A stretch of 64,000 nt of DNA from a virus (taxonomy: Duplodnaviria > Caudoviricetes). This document shows positions 9,772 to 18,655 of this stretch, in pieces. Under the pieces are notes generated by a model that did no database searches, was not told the origin of the DNA, and saw only the letters and a list, made by a program, of their open reading frames with translations. The stretch is from positions 41 to 64,040 of IMG/VR virus record IMGVR_UViG_3300017963_000282; one strand, written 5' to 3'. Position 1 is the stretch's first letter. Each line of letters begins with the position of its first letter. A program made the translations under genes and the position numbers.

Positions 9772-11285
9772 GAATTTTTCCTTTTTATTTTTTCCAAAAT
9801 TTCCGGAATGGTAATCGGGGCATCCCCACTTCCAAAAACTTTTGATGAATGTTTGGCTTTTTTCCTAAGAGATTCAAGCACATACTCATCAATTGTGTCT
9901 TTAGCAATGATATTTATTTCCAAAAGACTCCGATATTTCGTACCAATTCGATGTATGCGACCCCGAATTTGTTCAATCTCTCCACCAGACCATGGCCGAT
10001 CTAGCATAATCAATGTTCCAGCGGATTGTAAATTTAAACCAGCACCGCCTGCCGTAGTAATGCCCATCACTGCGGTTTGATCGGTATTTTCTAATTCCTC
10101 AAATTGTTTCAAGGCTTTAGCTCTCTGCGGAGCCGATTCTTTTCCGGTTATCCTCCAAAATGGAATATTAGCAGATTTAAAGATTTTTTGCAAGACACTT
10201 ATTGTCTTTTCAAATTTAGAAAAAATTAAAATATTCTCTCCTACTAAATTTTCTTGTACAAGCCGCAGGGCTTCTTCCAATTTTGGGTGACTTTCTTTAC
10301 CATCATAATCATCCAAAGTTTCAATAGCATTTACACATACTTGAGCCCTCTGGATGGCTCCAATTGGATCTATATTTTCTTCAATATCTTTTTTCCAATG
10401 CCCTCCGCCTACAATAAATTCATAATCTCGCATATGCCAATCCGGCAGCTCTATCCAATAATCTTGAGTAATCAAATCCGGTAATTCTTTAATTACTTCT
10501 TTCTTTGTCCTCCCCATGACAAAATGTTGAATTCTTTGACGCAATTTGTCATGATTTTTATAACCAACAATTTGGCCGTGTATGCTCCACACATAGGATA
10601 ATACACAAAATTGCTTTTTAAAATTTTCTTTATTGATAAATACATTCGGATCTAATAATTTAAAAATCCCATAAATATCAACAAGATGATTATAAATTGG
10701 TGTAGCGGTCAATCCTTTCACACCCAGAGACCGTTCCGCTAACCAAAGAGCTGATTTAGATGTTTTAGCAGAGACATTTTTACATTTTTGTATTTCATCC
10801 AAAACTAATAAATATTGCTGTCCCCGGATGGAGTTGGGGATTTCGCCAATACCATTCAAATTAAAATAAGATTTTGGATTTGTCAACTTCATATCATGTA
10901 ACAGTTGGGAATAATTGACAATATAACCATCCAGTTCATCCGTATAAAATTGGCTATAGATTTGCCGGCGGGCAGATTTGTGCCCGATGACTGCTTTAAC
11001 TTTAGCAGTGGGTAGAAATTTTTGAAATTCATTTTCCCATTGAATTTGGGTAGAGGCAAGAGTTACCACAACGATCTTAAGTTTCGGATATTTTTGAGTT
11101 TTTAAAAGATCATATGCGGCAATGCATTGTACGGTTTTACCTAAACCTGTTTTGTCTAAAAGTAAACCGCGTTTGACAGAGGCGAGAAATGCTACGCCCT
11201 GATGCTGGAAAGGATACAAAGTTCCGCGAAATCCATCCAATTTTGAATCAATCCGGACAGATTTATTAAGCCATTGATATTCCAC
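9768..11285 (-). CDS. SNF2-family helicase
   Basis: LYPFQHQGV, LLLDKTGLGKT, LVLDEIQ, LTATPIYN, GAGLNLQ.A, QIRGRIHRIG. Confidence 0.93.
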   Translation of the reverse strand: MEYQWLNKSVRIDSKLDGFRGTLYPFQHQGVAFLASVKRGLLLDKTGLGKTVQCIAAYDLLKTQKYPKLKIVVVTLASTQIQWENEFQKFLPTAKVKAVIGHKSARRQIYSQFYTDELDGYIVNYSQLLHDMKLTNPKSYFNLNGIGEIPNSIRGQQYLLVLDEIQKCKNVSAKTSKSALWLAERSLGVKGLTATPIYNHLVDIYGIFKLLDPNVFINKENFKKQFCVLSYVWSIHGQIVGYKNHDKLRQRIQHFVMGRTKKEVIKELPDLITQDYWIELPDWHMRDYEFIVGGGHWKKDIEENIDPIGAIQRAQVCVNAIETLDDYDGKESHPKLEEALRLVQENLVGENILIFSKFEKTISVLQKIFKSANIPFWRITGKESAPQRAKALKQFEELENTDQTAVMGITTAGGAGLNLQSAGTLIMLDRPWSGGEIEQIRGRIHRIGTKYRSLLEINIIAKDTIDEYVLESLRKKAKHSSKVFGSGDAPITIPEILEKIKRKNS

Positions 11286-11314
11286 TGAAATTCCTATTCT
11301 TCTTCTTAAAAAGC

Positions 11315-11402
11315 GGCGGGCTTGGGGGTATCAGCCCCAACTTGCTCAGCCTATCCATGGTTCTGAGACCGCTTGGCAGCACGTTACTGCGAAAGACCCG
11401 CC
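11315..11402 (-). ncRNA. Candidate structured RNA, cloverleaf-like, in the intergenic leader of the replication genes
   Basis: GC-rich island in AT-rich DNA. Minus strand: closing stem GGCGGGU/GCCCGCC enclosing hairpins GCAG/CUGC, CUCAG/CUGAG and UUGGGG/CCCCAA, followed by a U-tract. Confidence 0.5.
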
Positions 11403-11404
11403 AT

Positions 11405-12181
11405 TTAAAATTCGTCTAAGTCGTCTACTATGTTAATCAGAAGGCCACATTCGGGCAAACTGATTTTTCTATTTGTCCTTAATTCTTGGTCAAAATCAAG
11501 TTCCGTCAAGGCAGTGCCACCTGTTAGCTGCACAGAGCCCTCAGATGAGGTATTATTGGTCTGAATGAGGATTCTCCTAGCTGCATCTGTGGCGATTGCC
11601 GTAGCGCCTGTCAGAGTGGCATTAAGCACGTCTACAATCTCTTCGGCTGTCGCTGCGGCGATATCCTCAAAATCTGCCGTATTGAAAGTAAAACTCTGGA
11701 TAGTGCCCCCATCAATGGATAGTTCCAAAGTTTGGCCATCCTCCAATACAAAAGGTCCAAATCCATTGGATTCGAGACCATTTAATAAAATCTCAAATTC
11801 TGCAATATATGGTCCCGGAGTATCCGTATCTCCAGGTTGCCATAAATATTGAAAACGACCCCTATGAGCATCTTGTGGAGACAGAATGACGTTACTCGAT
11901 TCTAAAATTTTGAGTTCTTCAGTTTCCTGATCGCTCTCATAGTAAAATTTTTCGCGCATAATAAATTTGATCGGATTTAGAAGAGTTAGATGAACGGATT
12001 CGTCTAACGCATTGCGTAATTCTGCTCGTAAGACCGGGGCGGTATCATACCGTTTTATTCTCATCATTTCCCTCGGATCTCCTATGTATCCATGTGTAAT
12101 TAAACGTGTTTCTATGAATTTCAAATGAAATTCTTCAATATCAAAACACAGAGATAATTTTTCTAATTTACTAATTGTCAT
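11405..12181 (-). CDS. Virion structural protein (BppU-like N-terminal domain plus inserted domain)
   Basis: IKRYDTAPVL...GRFQYLWQPGDTDTPGPYIAEFEI is a BppU-like pattern; the insert resembles part of 18655..19617. Confidence 0.6.
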   Translation of the reverse strand: MTISKLEKLSLCFDIEEFHLKFIETRLITHGYIGDPREMMRIKRYDTAPVLRAELRNALDESVHLTLLNPIKFIMREKFYYESDQETEELKILESSNVILSPQDAHRGRFQYLWQPGDTDTPGPYIAEFEILLNGLESNGFGPFVLEDGQTLELSIDGGTIQSFTFNTADFEDIAAATAEEIVDVLNATLTGATAIATDAARRILIQTNNTSSEGSVQLTGGTALTELDFDQELRTNRKISLPECGLLINIVDDLDEF

Positions 12182-12188
12182 TGACTAT

Positions 12189-12758
12189 TTATGGGGTTTC
12201 CGCCCAAATCCTTGCGGCTTTTTCCCAAGAATCCTGGGTCGTTGCAGTAGATTCCGCGATAAACATTTCCCGTTCCCTGGATTCGGAATTACCTGGGCCA
12301 TAACCTTGATCTCTGAAAAACAAATCCATATAATCACGTACTGATAAATTTTTTGGTTGGACTCCGGCCACAGCTTGAAGACGTTCCAGATAATAAAGAC
12401 GCTTCGTTTCGTCAAATGAGAGGTCTTTAAATGTCCGAGTCATTGTATGTGTGCCCCCACCCGTCGCTGCGGAAATCACTACAATTGACCCATTAAATGC
12501 GTCTAAATATCGAACCGTGCTGGCATCTACATAATCAATCCAATAATTAGTCGGATAAGGATTCAAACCAGTGGGCAAAGTGCCGGTAGTGGATAATTGA
12601 ATAAGATCATTTTGAACGAATGGATGCCCAGCTTCCGTAATCGTATTAGCTGGATCAATAGTGACATCCCCATCCACAAAGTCCGCAGTATAAATCCCGG
12701 CCAAAAATGTCCGATATTTTTCCAATAAAAGATCGCCTAATGGATCAGTTGCCGCCAT
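12189..12758 (-). CDS. Putative virion protein
   Basis: Contains a small beta-domain pattern HPFVQNDLIQLSTTGTLPTGL...YWI...TVR recurrent in phage tail proteins. Confidence 0.5.
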   Translation of the reverse strand: MAATDPLGDLLLEKYRTFLAGIYTADFVDGDVTIDPANTITEAGHPFVQNDLIQLSTTGTLPTGLNPYPTNYWIDYVDASTVRYLDAFNGSIVVISAATGGGTHTMTRTFKDLSFDETKRLYYLERLQAVAGVQPKNLSVRDYMDLFFRDQGYGPGNSESREREMFIAESTATTQDSWEKAARIWAETP

Positions 12759-13591
12759 TATTGGTTCCCCTTAAATTTATTCATTACGGCTTCATAGCCA
12801 ATTTGCATCATTTGTTCTTTCTGTTTTTTGGTTAAATTAAAATCAATCGCGGAGATATCCTTAATAATTATAGGGACAGTTTGTTCCCAGTAATTAGATT
12901 TGATATGTTTATGGGAAGATGTATCCAACAAAGCTCCAATAATGCTTTTATCATATTGAAAAATATCCCACCAGTGTTTTTCTTTTTCCTGACCCTTCCC
13001 CTGAATCCAAAGTCCAATCAATCTCCGATTACTTTTCAAAATTGAAATCGGATAATTATTTATAATCCCACCATCGGTCAATTTCCATACTTGTCCAGTA
13101 GTAGGATGTCGCATTTTAATAGAGCCAAAATAATACGGAATACAGGCCGACGCTAAAATTGCATCTACTGCTTTCACAGAACCACAGGAAAATTTATCTA
13201 AAAGAATTTCTGAGTCACTTTTCGTATCATATGCAACAGTTCCCAAATAAAGTGGTAATTCAGCCAATGTTTTATTTCCAATAAAAGAGAATAAAAACTG
13301 TTTTAATTTGGCATACGAAAAAATAGCTCGCTTAGTCAATAATAACCAGGGAGCAAAAGCCTTTAATTTGCTTAAATCCAATTCCCAAAAAATATCTCGT
13401 ATTTTTTTAGGATCAAATCCAGCTGCGTAAAATCCACCTATAATTGCCCCACCAGATGTGGCCACAACTCTAACCGGCTCAAAATTTAATTCCTGTAGGG
13501 CTAATAAGCCACCAATATGGCCACCCAATCGAACTCCTGATCCGGATAATGCAAGATCAATTTGAATTTTAGAATCCTTCGGCTTTTCCAA
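12758..13591 (-). CDS. Patatin-like phospholipase
   Basis: LALSGSGVRLGGHIG oxyanion loop, nucleophile elbow ATSGG, ASACIPYYF, catalytic DGG. Confidence 0.9.
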   Translation of the reverse strand: MEKPKDSKIQIDLALSGSGVRLGGHIGGLLALQELNFEPVRVVATSGGAIIGGFYAAGFDPKKIRDIFWELDLSKLKAFAPWLLLTKRAIFSYAKLKQFLFSFIGNKTLAELPLYLGTVAYDTKSDSEILLDKFSCGSVKAVDAILASACIPYYFGSIKMRHPTTGQVWKLTDGGIINNYPISILKSNRRLIGLWIQGKGQEKEKHWWDIFQYDKSIIGALLDTSSHKHIKSNYWEQTVPIIIKDISAIDFNLTKKQKEQMMQIGYEAVMNKFKGNQ

Positions 13592-13757
13592 TTTTTAACC
13601 AATCCCCATTATTTTTTACTTCTCGCTCGCTTTCTTCTTTAAAAGATTTCATAAACTCCTGAAAATTTTTATGTGTTTTTTGTATATCTTCTTCACATTT
13701 TTTCGGGCAACGTTCTGGAGATTGCGATTTTTTTGGTTTACGTTTGAATAAATTCAT
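13569..13757 (-). CDS. Hypothetical small protein
   Basis: 62 aa, packed in operon. Confidence 0.5.
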   Translation of the reverse strand: MNLFKRKPKKSQSPERCPKKCEEDIQKTHKNFQEFMKSFKEESEREVKNNGDWLKIGKAEGF

Positions 13758-13764
13758 GAATTTT

Positions 13765-14007
13765 TTACCTTTTTTGTATGATCGCTTCTTTAATTGAATC
13801 TAATTTTCCGCGAATTTCTGATTTAAAAGTTCCCATAGCACTTTGTAAAGTGCTTAAAGATTCCACATGATGCCGCAAGTCATTAAATCTAGCATCTTCC
13901 AATTGCCGCAACCGTTTTTGTAAATCCCAATTTCTCCAGGCTAAATAACCACATAGAACCGCAAACGGTCCTTGTGTCATTAAAAATTTGCCCAATTCCA
14001 ACCACAT
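13765..14007 (-). CDS. Putative holin-like membrane protein
   Basis: One N-terminal hydrophobic helix (FLMTQGPFAVLCGYLAW) then a coiled coil; resembles BhlA/UviB-type holins. Confidence 0.5.
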   Translation of the reverse strand: MWLELGKFLMTQGPFAVLCGYLAWRNWDLQKRLRQLEDARFNDLRHHVESLSTLQSAMGTFKSEIRGKLDSIKEAIIQKR

Positions 14008-14640
14008 TTATACCGATTCTCCCGGCAACAATACTGTTCGCGGTCTATAAAGCTCCAATTCTGCGCAACCATTGGATATCGAATCTGTATCTGGAGTAGT
14101 AATTTCTACCCAAATTACATAGCCATATTGTTGGGGGGGTAAGCCTTCCTCAGAAGCTCCCTCTGTATTTAATTCATCTCCCATGGGAACATTACCTTGA
14201 ATAAAATGATTATTAACATAATGGATTACTGGAGTATCGGCAGTAGCTTGAGTGTACATTTTTTCGGGATCTAAACCCAAAACTGAGCCAGGTATTGTTC
14301 CATTCGGATCAGCATAATATCCGCCTGTTTTGCATACTATTTTCATATCCACATACGCACCATGCGGAGTTTCAAAAAAATATAATGTGCCTTCTTTAAT
14401 ATAGACTTTCTCAGAAAACCCCACTTCCAGGCGTTTCCGTTTATATCCAGTTGGGGCGGTAATGTCATCATCATCATTGGAAAAATCCCATTTCAAAATT
14501 TTTCCATCACCAATTCCCGTTAATGAGTCTCCACGCATGGTAAAATTCGTGATATAATCTTTTGGCCGGCTATCTGATCTAACTAAATCCCGTCCATCCA
14601 AAGATTTATATTTTTTTGGTTTTCGTTTATATAAAGCCAT
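14008..14640 (-). CDS. Putative virion structural protein
   Basis: Beta-rich 210 aa, translationally coupled in the structural cluster. Confidence 0.5.
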   Translation of the reverse strand: MALYKRKPKKYKSLDGRDLVRSDSRPKDYITNFTMRGDSLTGIGDGKILKWDFSNDDDDITAPTGYKRKRLEVGFSEKVYIKEGTLYFFETPHGAYVDMKIVCKTGGYYADPNGTIPGSVLGLDPEKMYTQATADTPVIHYVNNHFIQGNVPMGDELNTEGASEEGLPPQQYGYVIWVEITTPDTDSISNGCAELELYRPRTVLLPGESV

Positions 14641-14966
14641 TATTCAACACTCCTTGCAGTCATTTCCACACCTAATGCTTCTTCATCCCCAGAATCGTTA
14701 ACTAAACAAATAGCTAGTATTTTCGTACCATCTCCTGTAATAGTTTCACCGATAATATGTTTCGCAGAAGTATGGGTAAGAGCTAAAATTTCTTCATTAG
14801 CCCCTCCGAAATCCCAAATAATTTTAACATGGGTATCTTGTGTGGGATTGGCTGATCCAATCCAAAATTGAATATCCCATGATTCCCCATTTGGGATTAC
14901 TTCTTCATCGGCATCCGTATAATTAGCTGGGACACTTTTATAATATTTTTTTGATTTGTCTGCCAT
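14640..14966 (-). CDS. Putative virion appendage protein (paralog 1; shared C-terminal domain only)
   Basis: IPNGESWDI...ITGDGTKILAI aligns by eye with the C-termini of the next two genes. Confidence 0.55.
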   Translation of the reverse strand: MADKSKKYYKSVPANYTDADEEVIPNGESWDIQFWIGSANPTQDTHVKIIWDFGGANEEILALTHTSAKHIIGETITGDGTKILAICLVNDSGDEEALGVEMTARSVE

Positions 14967-14968
14967 GA

Positions 14969-15784
14969 TTATACCTCATATCCAACAAATTTCGCGTAAG
15001 CTCTTTTACCACCACCACCGCCACCAAGACGACTAATACGAATAACTAATCTAGCGATACCGTCGCCGCTCAATGTATCCGGTTTTAAATCTTCAGTATA
15101 ATTATACCCACCTTCCGGAATAACTATTAAAGCCACTAATTCCCAATTCGCCTGTATTGGAGATCCTTGTGATCCTTCGCCATAAGGATCTTTATAGAGT
15201 TCAACAGTCCATCCATTTTGTATGGCCACTCCAGATGCACTAAATCTTTGTAGTTCAATAGTTTTTTCATCCGTAACCGTATAAAAATAATTTTTGAACT
15301 CATTATTATTAAAGGTATCATCAATAATTTCAATTATGGATGTGGAACCAGGAGGAGCTGGAGGTGGTTGGGTAGATACAAGTTGCCGGCCTGAATCCAC
15401 TTTACCTTTTTTGGTAGGATCATCTGCGTCTACAATTATGATTTCTTGTTGTGTGCCTGGAGCTGAAGATGGTGTCGTTTCAACCTTAAGTTTACCATCA
15501 TCTGATATTCCCATATCAGCAAAGGCACCATTAGCTTTTTTCCCCTGAAGACGAGCCCTCACATGCTGTTTAAAAATCATATCTGCGTCAGCTTTATAAT
15601 CCGCTTCGAATTCCTGCTGGTCAATTCCGGAATCTTTTAAAAGTGTACATTCAAATGTTATACCACCAGCAACTCCAAATAAATCATATCGCTGGTCTAG
15701 TTCAATAAAATTCCATTGAAACTCATCATTGCTTGTAATTAAATTTTTAAATTGCGCCCAACTGGGATAAACTTTTCTAAACAT
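14969..15784 (-). CDS. Putative virion appendage protein (paralog 2)
   Basis: YTVTDEKTIEL...VELY...LSGDGIARLVIRISRLGG...VGYEV. Confidence 0.55.
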   Translation of the reverse strand: MFRKVYPSWAQFKNLITSNDEFQWNFIELDQRYDLFGVAGGITFECTLLKDSGIDQQEFEADYKADADMIFKQHVRARLQGKKANGAFADMGISDDGKLKVETTPSSAPGTQQEIIIVDADDPTKKGKVDSGRQLVSTQPPPAPPGSTSIIEIIDDTFNNNEFKNYFYTVTDEKTIELQRFSASGVAIQNGWTVELYKDPYGEGSQGSPIQANWELVALIVIPEGGYNYTEDLKPDTLSGDGIARLVIRISRLGGGGGGKRAYAKFVGYEV

Positions 15785-16710
15785 TAGATTTCATATCCTC
15801 TTGCAATTGCATCAATTTCAGCAGTGCTGCCGCCAAAACGAAACCGCACAATTCTAATTTTAGTCGTGGTACCATTTCCTACCATTACAGTGCCATCTCT
15901 AGCTTCATTGGTGCCTGGAAAAATTTGAACCGTAAATCCAGTAATATAAACTCTTTCAATTAAATGAGGAGTTCCGCCGGAATCCACATAGGAAATTTCT
16001 ACTTTTGATCCCTTCTCAGTCGGATCTCCTTCCGCCCCAATGGTGGCAGCAGCTAAAGTAAATGTTTTACCATTTGTGATTGTATATTCATATGTTTCTG
16101 AACCGGATACATCTATGGGGGAACTGGCATCAATGGTAACTTTATCAGAATCCGGTGGCGGTTCTGGTTCAGATAAATAAAATGAACCAGAAACTAATAA
16201 ACGATCTAAAGCATCACTAGATAAATTTTTATAAACACCGTTTGCATTTTTTGCCGCAATAATTGCTTTTACTAATTCTGCATCGTCATTATCATTTAGC
16301 GTATCAATTAACCTATGAGAAGAAGATTTAACTTTAAAAGGATGATAAATAACCTGCATCCGAAAAACAGTTTGTGCTGTAGTTGCATTATTCGTATAAG
16401 TTACTCTTAAATATTGTGCTGGAACACCAAATGAAAATTGTTTGCCTTTGTTAGCTTCCAAAGAAAATTTATCAGTTTCATCAATATTCACGCCGTCACT
16501 AGACCACTCCATTACCAATCCATCCGAGGCCGAATCCTGATCGGTAAATACAATCAAAGTTACAGTAGAGGCACCCAAAACTGATTCAAAACTTCCGGGA
16601 AATGTGGCACCGGCACCTAACGGAGTGGAAGTGGAATTACCGGGGGAAATCGTTGTAGCCGCTGAAATATCCCCAATACTAATTGGATTTATTATTACTG
16701 CTCCTGGCAT
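15784..16710 (-). CDS. Putative virion appendage protein (paralog 3)
   Basis: YTITNGKTFTL...VEISY...MVGNGTTTKIRIVRFRFGG...RGYEI; N-terminal NSTSTPLGAGATF beta-sandwich pattern. Confidence 0.55.
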   Translation of the reverse strand: MPGAVIINPISIGDISAATTISPGNSTSTPLGAGATFPGSFESVLGASTVTLIVFTDQDSASDGLVMEWSSDGVNIDETDKFSLEANKGKQFSFGVPAQYLRVTYTNNATTAQTVFRMQVIYHPFKVKSSSHRLIDTLNDNDDAELVKAIIAAKNANGVYKNLSSDALDRLLVSGSFYLSEPEPPPDSDKVTIDASSPIDVSGSETYEYTITNGKTFTLAAATIGAEGDPTEKGSKVEISYVDSGGTPHLIERVYITGFTVQIFPGTNEARDGTVMVGNGTTTKIRIVRFRFGGSTAEIDAIARGYEI

Positions 16711-17363
16711 TATGTTAATACCTCATCTATGCTAGTTACTTTATTTCCGGTATAATTATAAGTGCGAGTTAACGTTTCTACTACAATTAACCCAGTAACA
16801 TCATATTGTTTGATTACTTCTGTATTGACTTTATTTGCAGTATAGCTATAATTATACTCTCGAATCTTTGCTACTTTTAAATTATTCGTCCAATAAATTT
16901 CATCAGTTACTAAATTACCAGAATAAAGAAATTCTACATAAGCATCTTCAGCTAGTTCATGGACTAATTGATCTAAATTTCGATGTGTGGTTGGAGATAA
17001 TCCGCCACCACCTGCTCCGGCTTTCCATTTTCCGGAAGCGGATTCATATTCTAATACTTCCCCATCAGAAACTCCGGCTGAGAAATCGACATCATCATGT
17101 GCGCCTAAAACATGAGGTTGATAAACAGTTTTCAAATCTGCCGAAGAACTTATTGGATTTCCTTCCGAATCCTGAACTGTAATATATCCGGCATCAATAG
17201 CATCACAGATATCTTTACTAAATAAAAGCTCATGTAGTTTATAGCCTTCTGTGCTAACCAAATCCACCGTAACCGGATGGGTAAATAATCGAGAGCCAAT
17301 GTCCGGAAAACTAATTGTTGGACTAGTTCCAGTGGTAGTTATTATGAATTCAGAATATAGCAT
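16710..17363 (-). CDS. Putative fibre protein
   Basis: Fibre-type repeat LGAHDDVD...DGEVLEY....KWK and repeated YxYxGNKV strands. Confidence 0.55.
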   Translation of the reverse strand: MLYSEFIITTTGTSPTISFPDIGSRLFTHPVTVDLVSTEGYKLHELLFSKDICDAIDAGYITVQDSEGNPISSSADLKTVYQPHVLGAHDDVDFSAGVSDGEVLEYESASGKWKAGAGGGGLSPTTHRNLDQLVHELAEDAYVEFLYSGNLVTDEIYWTNNLKVAKIREYNYSYTANKVNTEVIKQYDVTGLIVVETLTRTYNYTGNKVTSIDEVLT

Positions 17364-17365
17364 TT

Positions 17366-18655
17366 TTAACCTTTAATAATTAAAATACAAACTGGACGAT
17401 CTAAATTCGCACTCGGATTAGCCACCCGCACGCTAATTAAATCTCCAGGACTAATTGAAGTTGATAATGTGATATCTACTAATTGAAGGGCAGCTCCAGA
17501 AGGTTGATTTATGGATTCCTGCACTACCCCATTTACCAAAATCTCCAAACCCCAAGCAGCTCCGGGAGCTGATTTAACACCCACTGCCGCAGCGGCCAAA
17601 GTTCCATTATAAACAGTAGCGATTGGGGAATTAGTCGGATCAGATGAAATTCCATCTGCGGTCCTTAAATAGGTACCCGGTGTAGAAATTTGAGCATCTC
17701 TACCAAATTGAACGGCATATCCATTTAATTTGGTAATCAATTCCGCCAAAGCACCTTCCACATCAGTAGAGGTATAATATCCGCCAGAATCTTCAATTCC
17801 AATTAAACTGGCCCCTTCGCCCGGTGCCGTAGATGCCAAATCTGCTATTAAATCCGCCAAATCCAGTTGTAAGACATTTATATCTGCACCAATTTCCTGT
17901 AGAGCCGCTTCTACAGTAGCCCCGGTATAATAAGCAGTGGCATCCTCAATACCAATTAAACTAGCCCCTTCGGCATTCAATACAGATCCTAAACGAGCTT
18001 GAGTATAATATCTGGTATCATGAATATGATCCGATCTGGCTAACGATACCGCCATTCCATAATCACCACCAGATCCAGCATAATCCGCATTGACTTGAAC
18101 TAATCCAACCCCTACAGAGGTCGCCGTAATCCCATTATAGAAATTTAATTCAATAGTTTCATCATCGACTAATGCGCCATCATTGCGTACATCTAAATCC
18201 CCGGTACCAATTCCTCCACTAGTATCTACTCTTTTTACTACTCCGTTTGCGGCATACACATTCCACATGCCCCGGTTATCCAATACTACAAATTCACCAA
18301 TATCCAATGTACCCATCCATTCAATATGATCTGTCGGGATAACCGATAAATCCCGACTTAATATTTTAATACCAATTGGGGCAGTATCATTATTAAAAAT
18401 GGATAAATGATAAATTTTATAATTAAAAATCGTACCATCATCCGGAGCGGAAACTAATACTTTTTCAGTCGTACCAGTTAATTCTCCCTGTCGTTTTAAT
18501 CGTCCACTAATATTTTGTTGTAAAATCAATCGTTCATTTTCAGAAGGATCAGTTCCAAATTTTGCATAAGAAACACTAAAAGTAGGCTGTGTGGTCACAG
18601 GACCCGCCAAAGTAACTGCTAACAAACTTTGATTTTTAGTGTCTAAAAGCAACAT
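17366..18655 (-). CDS. Putative fibre protein
   Basis: ARSDHIHDTRYYT motif and two copies of EGASLIGIED...YYT...VE.AL.E. Confidence 0.6.
   Translation of the reverse strand: MLLLDTKNQSLLAVTLAGPVTTQPTFSVSYAKFGTDPSENERLILQQNISGRLKRQGELTGTTEKVLVSAPDDGTIFNYKIYHLSIFNNDTAPIGIKILSRDLSVIPTDHIEWMGTLDIGEFVVLDNRGMWNVYAANGVVKRVDTSGGIGTGDLDVRNDGALVDDETIELNFYNGITATSVGVGLVQVNADYAGSGGDYGMAVSLARSDHIHDTRYYTQARLGSVLNAEGASLIGIEDATAYYTGATVEAALQEIGADINVLQLDLADLIADLASTAPGEGASLIGIEDSGGYYTSTDVEGALAELITKLNGYAVQFGRDAQISTPGTYLRTADGISSDPTNSPIATVYNGTLAAAAVGVKSAPGAAWGLEILVNGVVQESINQPSGAALQLVDITLSTSISPGDLISVRVANPSANLDRPVCILIIKG

Noticed and set aside
11315-11402. Canonical tRNA (including tRNA-Sec, from the UCA triplet) or hammerhead ribozyme (CTGAGA...GAAA on the plus strand)
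   Set aside because: No paired anticodon stem around UCA/CAG, no UUCRA T-loop or CCA; the hammerhead core CUGANGA is incomplete and stem II does not close. Kept only as an unclassified structure.
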